A DNA stretch of 64,000 bases from Fistulifera solaris (Eukaryota), in contig AP026133.1 in NCBI GenBank assembly GCA_030295235.1, forward strand, positions 744,001 through 808,000, read 5' to 3'. The position numbers were made by a program, and so were the translations under genes. The notes below the pieces were generated by a model that was not told the origin of the DNA, did not search any database, and saw only the letters and a list, made by a program, of their open reading frames with translations. This document shows positions 34,545 to 45,600 of the stretch, one piece after another (positions within the stretch are counted from its first letter, which is position 1; the number at the start of each line of letters is the position of its first letter).

Positions 34545-36270
34545 ATGATGAAAATGAAAGCATTCACAACCGCGATCACACTCTCTTGGGGGATGATGGC
34601 CATGAGCGTTCTGTCGGCTCCATTGGAAGATCTCGTCGAAACGCTACCGCTCTTTGGTCGTCCTCCTACTACCATGTTTTCCGGTTATCTGGATGCATCT
34701 GAGGGCTGTGACCTCGAAGCAAACGGCCCCGTTTGTAAAATTCACTACTGGCTCGCCATGGCCGAGACAGACGACCCCACTAACGCGCCCGTCGTTCTGT
34801 GGCTCAATGGCGGCCCCGGTTCGACGTCAATCATTGGTTTTTTGCAAGAGAATGGTCCTTTACTTATCAATGCGACCGGAGGACTAATGGAGAATCCGTG
34901 GAGTTGGACCAAGTTGGCTAATTTCCTCGTATTGGAGGCCCCCATCGGGGTCGGATACTCGTATTGCTCGCGTCAGATGGAAGGCAAACCCTGTCAAAAC
35001 ACGGACAAGTTCACGGCTTCCGCATCGCGTGCCGCTCTAGTAAACTTTTTCTCTCACAAATTCCCGGAATTGGCCGACAACGACTTTTTCATTACGGGTG
35101 AATCGTATGCTGGTGTTTACATTCCAACTTTGACGAAAGAAATCCTTGATCACGCTCCCGAGATCAACATGGTCGGCATCGCCGTCGGTGATCCTTGTAC
35201 AGATAATACAGCTCAAGCCGATTCAATGGATTCGCTTTGGTATGGGCACAAGTACGGCTTGGTGGACGATGCTACGTTTGATAAGTTATGGAATCAATGC
35301 GACTTACGTTTCCCTACGGTCATGGCTCAAGGTGGCGCCCATGCAGCGGCCTCGTACTGGAACAAGCATTTATTGCGCCTTCCTCTCGATCGTCGTCATC
35401 AAGCCATTCAAGAGCGCTTCCTGAAGACAGGCAGCGAAAACCCCGAGTGTCTCATGGCGTATCGCAAGTACATGATCTCGAGTAGTCACGGTCTCTCACA
35501 GGGATGGAGGAACCTGTACATTGATGACTACAGTCTCTTTGCTCCAGTTACGAACCAAGAAGACGAAGATATGCAGGCCTACATGAGACGTCGTGATGTG
35601 CGTAAAGCGTTACATGTAGAGGAAGCTCCCACGACAGAATGGCCAGAATCTGGTGTCGGCTTTGATTATACAAAGGAATATGATGCGTGCAATTGGGATG
35701 GCGATGCCATTGTCGGTCCGAGTATGATCGAATTTTATCGCAACATTGCCCCACGTCTCCAAACGACATTGGTGTACAATGGCGACACAGATCCGTGTGT
35801 TTCGTACGAAGGCACACGGACCGCCATTCTCCGCGTGGGCTTTGCCGAACTCGATGGAGGCAGTTACCGTCCCTGGTTCTACAATCAGAGTGCCACCACT
35901 CTGCAAGTCCTCGCCGAAAAAGCCCCGCTGTTCGGTCCCGACCTCATGACTCAGTCGGTGGGGGCCCAATTTGGAGGAGAAGTTGTCAACTACGAACACG
36001 GTCTCTCCTTTCTGACGGTACACGGGTCGGGTCACATGGTGCCCCAATTCCGTCCGCAAGCGGCCTTGCACATGTTGCAGAAACTCTTGACAGGGAGACG
36101 ATTTGGCGCCGCTGATGCCCACGAATGCCACATTGCAACAAATGAGTGCCGCCGAGTTTTCGGAATCGATGAATGCGTGGACCGAGTTGGCCATGTCGGC
36201 TCCGTATATTTACAATCCGACTCTGTATCGTCCCGTTCGTAGTCAAGAGGCTATGGTGGAAGTATTGTAA
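34545..36270 (+). CDS. Secreted serine carboxypeptidase (S10); frameshift near 36100
   Basis: Signal peptide, WLNGGPG, GESYAG, YNGDTD, GSGHMVP. The alternative frame ends ...AMVEVL* at 36270. Confidence 0.93.
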
Positions 36271-36381
36271 TGTATAAGAACTACTAAGAGAGATATCGCA
36301 AGCGGAGATTTCTGTAGAACAGTGGTGTTTTGTTGTGGTAAGGTTCTCGTTTCTTCTATACGTTACTATGAACAATTGTAT

Positions 36382-36667
36382 TTACTTGGCCAAAAGGAAA
36401 AACAGAGGAAGAAGGAGAGCAATGACAATAGAACCCAAGTAAGCCGCATTTCTGAATACCGCCGGATTCATTTTTTTCTTCCTTTAGGTCCTCCTCTTTG
36501 ACTTTCACTTTGAGATGAAGCATCGTAGTCGAAGTGAAAGGCGACGGACTTGTTTTCGTCATGGGTGACGACGAGGTCGATAGAGCAGCATATTTGGGGG
36601 CAATGACGAATGCTTGAGCGTTCGAAGTGATCAATGCAAAAAGGACTAATCCGAGGAAACGATGCAT
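36382..36667 (-). CDS. Small plastid-targeted single-TM protein (frameshift near 36470)
   Basis: Signal peptide with AQA-FVIAP cleavage motif and Ser/Thr-rich transit peptide. The shifted frame gives NAAYLGSIVIALLLPLFFLLAK*. Confidence 0.7.
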
Positions 36668-36980
36668 AATGAACTTGGTGATAAAATGAAGTTTACGAAT
36701 GCTAATTATCAATAAGAAGGGAAACAACAGGATACTTCGTGTGTCGTTTTCGGAGGGAATTTGTGCGGTGCGAAAAAGGGCGAGGAGTCAGTGCTCCGTG
36801 CCGTCCGGATCACGTCATCTTGTAGAACTCACTAGACCGCTGGGACAGAAGACCAGAATTTACTTAGCAAGAACGCGGTGGCGATGATGCTTTTTTTGCC
36901 AAGCTTTTTTTATTTTGCTATCATGCGTTATACTACTTGTAGTTGATTTCTATGCGATCCCTTTTTCTATCAACAACATT

Positions 36981-39246
36981 ATGAACGACTCGAGCAATCT
37001 TTTGTTATCAAGTTTATCCGAAAATGCAATCAGTCATTCCGGAAATGCCCGGCAAGTGAGCGACGGAGACGATGGTCAAGAACAGCTGTCGCACGATCTC
37101 TCGATGTTTTTGGCCAATCCTTCCCTGCGCGCTGCTCTTGCGGATGGATCTCTTGATTTAACGAGTTATTCTGATCAAGTGGAAAAGAGATGCACGAATT
37201 AGAAACCAAGTGCATTGAAGCGTATCGTAGTAAATCCGACGAAATTTTATCGATGCGCGCGGATTTGGACACTTGTCAATCCGTCCTAAGCCAACTTCAA
37301 GAAATGTTATTAGGTTTTAAAGCTGATTTGGGAGGGTTATCCGGTGAAATTCGACAATTGCAAGAGAAAAGTAGAACTTTGGATGTGCAGCTCAAAAATA
37401 GAAAGTCAGCGGAACACGGGTTACGAGAGTTTTTAGAACACGTTGTCATTGCCCCGTCGGTGGCACACGCGATTACGACGGGACGGGTGAATCCTACATT
37501 TGTTCAGTGTGTACAGGAACTCAATCAAATTTACCGCGATACGCACAACAACTCAAAACCTCAGCCGTGGTCGGCGAATCGCGCCCCGGGCGAAACCACA
37601 GCTGGGAAAGAAATGCAAGAACAAGTTCACACGTTGCGTCTGTTGGCAGCGGCCCGCACACGAGAGTACTTCCTGGAACAAATGGCTTTGTTGCGTCGTC
37701 CCCAGACCAACGTCCGTATGATTCAAGTACACGGCTTGGTGAAGTATGCCGCACTGCAGGATTTTTTGGAAGAAGCCAGTCCCCCATTCGCCACGGAAGT
37801 GTTCAATGTGTACGTTGAGTCGATGAGCAAAACGTTGCAGCAGTTATTCCGAACCTATCAGGCACAATTGCTCCAGCTTGATTCCACCAAAACTTCAGCG
37901 ACTCGTCAAGATGTCATTGCGATTGACGATCAACTCCTGCGAGACTCTCTTACCACGCGCGCCAAGAAACGAGTCGATGTCTTTTGTTTGGGAAAACGAG
38001 CATCGGACTGCCTGGACGATATAGACTCTCATCAACCCATCTTGGCGCATGTAGCACTCGCGGAAAATATCAAATATCCTTATGAGCGCTTGTTCCGCTC
38101 CTTGTTGGGGCATCTCGTGGATGCTGTGACGAATGAACATGTTTTCTGTCGTCAATTTTTCAAGCGTGACGCCTTTCAACTTCTGTTCAATGGAACATTC
38201 TCGCTTTTACTGGAACAGCTGGAGAACTATTTGTTTGGATGTCATGATGCGCTGTGCTTGCTCTTGATGATCAAGGTCACGCATTCGTACAAACGACTGG
38301 CGAGAAGCCGCACCATTCATTCGCTCGATTCGTTCTTCGACCAGTGCACCAAATTGCTCTGGCCTCGTCTCAAAATTATCGTGGAGGCGAACTTGAGGAG
38401 TTTAAAACAAGCTACCGCGGCAAAGCTTGGCGGTGTTGAATTGCATGCCCACTACATGTCTCGACGTTTTGCCGAATTTACCTGCAGCATTCTGCTCATT
38501 CTACAGAATACCAAGCAAGCACCTCGCCCGGGTTCTGGAATTAGCACGACTGACGTCGTAACTCCTAGTAAAGCTATGCGGTCGTCATCTTCTGTCTCGG
38601 GGAGCTCTTTTACACCTGGCGCTACCGATGAGTTGGCCTCGATGAGTGCTGGCGAAAAGTTATTGGAAGACTTGTCGGAAATGATTGATGAATTCATCGC
38701 TCTGTTGAAACGTCTATCCGACGAACACGCATCGCAGACGAAGAAAACAGTATTTGTTATCAATAACCTAGATCAAGTCGTATCCATATTCCAGGAGCGT
38801 CGCGTGGTGGGAAAAGAATTCAACAAATTTGTTGAGCATCTCATGACACAGCGAGAGAATTTTGTCGATACTGAGCTTCTCGCTACGGGATTTTCTAACA
38901 TGATAGCATTTGTTCAGCAGACAGAAGCTGATTTTGCGAGTAAAAGTGGCACAGGCGTAGATTGCGAGGTAAACGCGCAGGAAGTAGAGGCGCTTGTGTT
39001 GAGTTTTGCGTCCAGCTGGAAGAGCAACATTGAACTCATTAATCGAGATGTGCTATCCTACTTTTCTAATTTCCGCAACGGTATGGAGATTCTGAAACAA
39101 GTATTGACCCAGCTCCTTCTCTACTATACCCGGTTCCAAGATCTGATTCGCAAAGTCTGGAAAAATAAGCTGCCTCCTTTTGCAAGGACTTGGTAGCAAC
39201 GTCTGTGATCTTGGCGGAAATCAAGAAGTACGCTCTTGCTATTTGA
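36981..39246 (+). CDS. VPS52: GARP complex subunit Vps52 (frameshifts near 37190 and 39185)
   Basis: EMLLGFKADLGGLSGEIRQLQEKS..LKNR, LLWPR, HYMSRRFAEF, FVINN, FSNFRNGMEILKQVLTQLLLYYTRF. Confidence 0.92.
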
Positions 39247-39642
39247 TAAGAAAGTAAACTAATTTCGTACATGATTACTTCTTTCATGACAGTTACAATT
39301 CGGCTATCTTGAAGACCTGCAGTACTTGTCGATACCTGGTACTTATGCAATGATATCACTAAGCGTTGCCAGGCGCAGTCCCAGAATGATCATTTTTCGA
39401 GGAGCGAGTAGTGTGCTTCGCATCTTGTGTTGCTTTACGTTCTATGGTTACTGCGCTTTGAATAGTGGATCCATCATCAGTTACTGTCGGAATCAATGGG
39501 AGAGAACCAGAACCTTCTGCATTTGAATCTTGGTCAACCTCGCCTGCCAGCTATTTTAGTACTTAGGCATCAATGATTCGATTGATAGGACAGATATAAC
39601 TTGCAATATCAAGATAAGTCAGTTGCGACAAAAGATCAAGAG

Positions 39643-39922
39643 TTAGAACTTCATAGCTGCATTTGGAATGGAACCATGGTTACGGCTGTGACGAACTGAG
39701 CGAATCCAAATGATCCGGATCTGTGATATAAATTGATATTTCGCTTTTCGACCTCGTATCGCACTCGGCGACCAAGCAGTAGATGAAACCTTCGGGATTG
39801 GTGCGGCATTTGAAAGCATCGCCGACGGCACCTCGCTTCAGGATAGAACAGAGCACGGAATCCACGGGAATAGTAAGGACGCAAGACACAAATAGTGCGA
39901 GAAGGGAGCCTACTAGTTTCAT
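39643..39922 (-). CDS. Possible small secreted Cys-containing protein (uncertain)
   Basis: MKLVGSLLALFVSCVLTIPVDS looks like a signal peptide; short and possibly frameshifted. Confidence 0.3.
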
Positions 39923-40694
39923 TCATAGTTCACCGTGAAAGATTCGAAGTTTTGATAGTTTGGTGTATCTTTCGTATTTTATACAGGAAATCACTTCGTT
40001 CGTTTTACGGAGCATCGAGATGAGACTTCATTTTTTAAAAATGCTCAAAGAAGGTTCGCATCGTGAATGAAAACCTTGTTCTTCTAGAAAAGGTGGCAAG
40101 TACATAGTATTGACAACGCATGAATGTCGATGCAATTTGGAGCGGTTGGGGTTTTGCAATCCGCAGACGGATGGTGTTCGGTGGTAGAACACGTGGGCGA
40201 TAATCATTTTGAAAGCGCGCCTCCAATCGCACTCTTCACTCTTCAAGTACTTCGGGTTCATCAACATAACATGATTGCAATCGAAAAGACGCCCATGTTG
40301 AATTGTGTATTCGTTTGGGCGATTGCAAAGTGTAAAACAAGCATCGCAGATCGCAGCAAAAAGAAAAAATGAAGATTTTTTGCGGATATTATTTAACGTT
40401 AAGACATGGATTCCATTTATTATCGAGAACCACTTCAAGATTCTCTTAGCATGATTGTGTACGACGAAATCTCCTCCGCCCAATAGCCTCCGCCTCGATC
40501 CACCGCACACCCTTTTTTTGTTGCTCATCATCATTCCGCTGCTTGCTACTTCATTGCATACAGGAATCGCAAGGCGAATAACTTCATACTGTTGAGAAAG
40601 GAAAGAAGAATTCGTAGAAACGGAGGAGCGACGGGAGATGCTATCGTAAGCGCCGTCCGCCTGGTTTCTGCTCCTTTGCTTATTGTGCAACGAA

Positions 40695-42204
40695 ATGCCT
40701 AGTGTGTCAAGCATGGCTGACACTCCAAAAAGTAAACGACAAAAAGTAGATTCCGCGTCAAAGGAGCAAAGTGCTTTCAAGAGGCTTGTCGAGTGGATGA
40801 GATGCAAAGACAGCGAAGTATGTGATGCGCTTTGCTTTAACGAAGCGACAAGAGAGCTATACGCCGACTCATTTATCACAGAAGGCTTTATTCTGATGAG
40901 ACTTTCCAAACAAGTTATCATTAGCCGTCAATATTTGGTTCCAGATTGCTTTATAGAAATCGCGCGAGGTGCAATTAAGGATAACACGTCTTCGCAGCAG
41001 CAAGCGGAACACCAAGAGGATATTGCTCTCGCACTTTATTTAGCCAACAGAGAAGAAGCAATAAAGCCTTATCTTGATATATTACCGTCATGCATAGACC
41101 AGAATCTCCCGGTCACATGGACTCTGGAAGAACGAGCGCCGCGTCTTTGTGGATCGCCCGTCTTGAAGGAAATCGAACTTCGCGAGAGAAAAAACTTCGA
41201 AGACTACAAGAACATCTCCGACTTCTTGGCTTGTAATGAACATCTTCTAAAATGCCCTAGCAAGGAGGCTTTCGATAATGCCTTGGCGTGGGTCCGGAGC
41301 CGAGCTTTCGGTATGGATGGCGCGCTTCGGACTAACTCTGGTGACGCTGTCCCGGCAATGATGCCTCTTTTGGATCTGTGCAACCATGCCCGAGGGAGAA
41401 CCGTTTCGAAGAATATTTCATACAGCTATGAGGGAGGGCTGTGTCGTCGTGAAAGCACTTCGAGACATCTCACCAGGTGAAGTACTGCGAATTACGTATG
41501 GAGCGCTTCCAAATTCTCTGCTGTTAATGAACTACGGGTTTTGTCTGGAAGAAAACTATGAGCCAGATGGATCGTCTAATGACATACTGGCATTTGAACC
41601 AATTGCTGGAGGAGCGCTGGTGATTGATTTGCGGACTGGTCCGAAAAGCTACACGTACGGAAAGCTGGTACAGGCTCTTGAATGTTATTTAGCTCATAGT
41701 GAAGAAGATCACAGAGAAACCGCGATTGAAGAAGAAAGCGAGTCCGATTCATGTCACCTTCTTGAAGACAATGAGGAGGATCTTGATGGTTCTATGCTTT
41801 ACGCAGCCTGTGGTGACGATTATCGTTGTTCGTCTGCCTGCGACAATGATCTCTCTTTGGAATGCGAAGCATTGAGGAATCTCGAAACTAGACTGCTGTC
41901 CCTTTTACGTAATTACAAGCTTGGGGAAATTAAACAGGTGACTGATATTGATTCTCAATTGGCCGCAAATACTCGCAATAGGTTCTCATCTATTCTTACG
42001 CGATCCGAAATGCGAACTATCAGCTTCTTTCTTCAGGTTGCTCGGCGTATTTTGTCAATGCTTAGGTTCAAACGAGACCATTTGCAGTACAATCCTTGCG
42101 CATTAAGTAGCAACCTAGACTGTATAAACCTCAAGAAGCAAATGGAGGATCTGGTTGATGTTTACATGCGTATTCGGCATCCCGATATAAGTTTGCGGCG
42201 ATAA
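40695..42204 (+). CDS. SET-domain protein lysine methyltransferase (Rubisco LSMT/SETD3-like); frameshift near 41430
   Basis: PYLDILP, WVRSRAF, PLLDLCNH, GEVLRITYG..NSLLLMNYGF. Confidence 0.88.
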
Positions 42205-42669
42205 AGATGCCTTTTAAGCTAACACGCATTGATGTGTATCGACGAAACCACGTTCGATTTCAAGGTACACTACGAGAAAGTTAGCCAGCTCAGCTATTCA
42301 CGTCGCAATCAATCGTTGGAATCTGTGTAGATTTGTAACGGCACGTCAAATTTCTGATTGGTTAACCATGTGGTGACTTGAACCTGGTGGTTGGAAATGG
42401 TTTGGCATCGAGGCAAGTAGCATCCGCAGGCCCGTGACGTCCACAATGTTAGACCCAATAAGCCGCGAAACCGATTCTGTTAATGATATACGCCATCGTT
42501 TTGGCAATGACGCGTACTGTTCTTGTGGCATTTGCCGGTGAAATAAATGAGCAACTATTATGGAAGCAGGTGACATCTACTTTCGTTAGCCACAGAGACC
42601 ATTAAGTAACGCCCCATCCACAAAGTCGCATAAACCGATTTAGAATCCTAAGTCGAATGAGCCAATCAT

Positions 42670-45600
42670 CTACACCACCATATACTTCGTAGCCTCAAGA
42701 AAGAAGGAACTGTTTTTCCACAGAACGCTTTGACAAAAGAATAGGGCAAAGAGAGTCTGTTGAGAAATCGTTCCGGGCAATGTCCCATCACAGCGCAAAT
42801 GCAAGCGCTGAATGATATTCGAAAACTGAGCGCAATTTTCACTTGTTACAAAGAAGGATAGATTCCTCGGGAATTCTGTCACAACACCCTTGAATAAAAT
42901 TTCCTGCTCCAGCGATGTCAGTATCTCCATTTGTTGACTACTCAACTTTAACAAAACCCCGACGATGTCCGAGCAGTCTTCGAGATCATGGCGCCATGTT
43001 GATAAAAGCATGCCGATGAGCTCGAGACTAGCCGACACAGTCCACACCGAAGCTAAGAGCATGGTATCCAATATACAAAACAAAGTTTCACGTTTCGACT
43101 CGGCACTGTGTAGTGACGTCAACGTCGCAAACATCTGATGGAGAAGCCTCAAGCAGCCTATCTCCACAAAGTGAAAAGATTTAAGACATGCCAAACTCTG
43201 GATCAGCCAACATTGATAGTGCTTCACAAGAGCTTGTTTCTTAGATGCAGAAAAGCGGTCATCGACGCTTACTAGTTGTAAGAAAACAAATGCGCGAAAA
43301 CTTTCTTGGGCCAGTGAAGATTTCGTATCTCGTACGGACAGAGACAAGATTTTTGAGCCCTCTATTGTTGCTAATGGTATCGACTGGACGCAACGGACAA
43401 AATGACTTGACAAAGCAATGCAGCCGTCTGAGGCGATTGAACCGTCGCTGTAAGGTTCGGCGATGAGACTCTCATAGCATTCGCTACAAAGAAAATCAGA
43501 TAAAATTTCCTTGCCTTTGGATGATAAGCCTGATTCAGCAAGCAAGCGACCCATGCTATCAAGAAACAGGATTGCCATGGCTTGCGAACCTGTTCCAGGA
43601 TGAATGCAGAGCCGCCAAATATTCCTGGTTGAACTTCCTAATGCTGTAATAGAGAGCCTCGGTAATATTTTGTCAACTTCTTTGATGTACAAATTGCGAG
43701 CAGATTCATCAACAATGATGTGATGCCATCTATCCGGCGATGAAGCAAAAATATGAATAGCGAGATCAACAAATTCGCGACCATCCTGCAGTACACTCCG
43801 TCGGCCATGTAGCTGGGAACGTAGCAAACTGACCCCCGCTTCGCCACTCCACCTTCCATCTTGTAAAATTTTTGGTATAATGCCTTTCGCAAATTCTCCA
43901 GGAAGTGAAATACTCCCAAGCGCAGTTAGTGAGAAACTGAGTCTTGTGCTGTCATGAGTAATCGAGTAGCTGCGCTCCAAAAGGGTAAAAACACCCTCGG
44001 AAAGTGTGCCCAGCTGCGGCCGAGACGAGATTGTAATGTCTTCTGCGCGTTGGTCGGTAAAGTCTTTATCGAAAGGCTTTGAGGTTAAGTTGATCTTCGA
44101 CAAAGTTTCCTCGCCGAATATTTCTTGCTTGATCGACGCTAGTATGCCCAGCAAGATCACGCCCATGCTAGAGTAAATACTTCCGTCGCCTACGTTTGAG
44201 GCCGCAAGCACAGTTTCAGTAACATTCTGGACATCGGCCTCCATGTTTTTTGTGTGGATACGAGGTATGTCGGAAAATGAGGTCAATCCGAGAGCGGGCA
44301 TTGAACAGATAGACAGGACGCATGCGATTAGCGCTGTTGCGCGCCCTTGGTCATCGAACAACTCGGCATTTCCAACGATTCGGTTGTCAATATATTTAGG
44401 AGTGATGAGTGCCCTAGGGTTTCCATTCACTATATAAAATATTTCTCCTAGAGCGTCCGATTTGACATGTGACTCATCAATTCGGCGTTGTAAAATACTG
44501 GCGTACTCGTTGTACATGAGATCTAATTCAGCGTTGTCGATAAGCTGATATTTATCACACTGCCACAAAATAGATCCCAATGCAATACCCTTGCCACTCA
44601 TCCATTCAAAAGAATTCAAGAGGCGAAACAAAGCAGCAAGCAAGTTTCCGTCAAAAACCCCAAGAGACGGCAGACCAATGGACGAACTGATGAATAGAGA
44701 GCGAGCGATGGTACGCTTAACTCCTAATAAAGATAAAGAATTCGATCCAAGGCGCTCCAAAGATACCATTAGATCTGGCGTTGCATGCCCTGCCTTGATG
44801 CAAGCGAGTAAACTTGTCGTTACATTGCCACCATCCTCAAAACATGAAAGCAGTTCTTCTACTATGAATGCTGCTGCTTTCGAGGTTAACGTTGCCATTT
44901 CATCAATGGATAAGCTGGGACATTCGCTTTTTGAGACCACTTCCACTGTCTGGGCAATAATAGAAACACCAAAGTATGCTCCGAAATCTTGTTGTCCACT
45001 GTAACCACGAACAGAGTGTTCTAAAAGGTCAAGCAATTCGACAGCTTTACGGAACTCGCCGAGGTGTATGTATACTGCCCCACACAACCCTAAGCAAATT
45101 TTGCCAATTGATTCGTTTTGAAATTCGTTAGCTTGGAATGAAGCGAGGGTATCATCGGCGACAGCTTCAATTTCCGATCTTAGTCCCTCATCTGATGGTC
45201 CTTTTTCAGAAAGAGAGACAGCGAACGACGTCAAGGAAACAAACATTGCATCAGGGCTAACAAACACTTCATTCCAATCTCTGATTTCATTCAAGAGCGA
45301 TGATGGAGTTTCAGTTGCTAAACGTAGGCAGAGTCCCGAAATTCGCAAAAAACCCTTCACAGCAAAAGCCAAAATTAAAGGATCAGCATTTTCTATGCAG
45401 GCATCAGCGTTGTCTCGCAAGATCGTCAACTGTGTTCCATCGGATGCCCAAAGCAGCGCAATTGCGTATTCATTCGAACGTTGTGTCGCTCGAAGACTCG
45501 TTAACAAAGAAAAAGATGGGAGCGCATCTCGGAGCTTTCGTTCGCGGCTGAGTTTGTCTCTGAACGCCCGACCACCTCTCCGGGGAGAGCTTCGTTTTTG

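Noticed and set aside
40028..40921. 297-aa minus-strand ORF
   Set aside because: Overlaps the SET gene start in antisense, has a non-ATG start and shows no recognisable domain.
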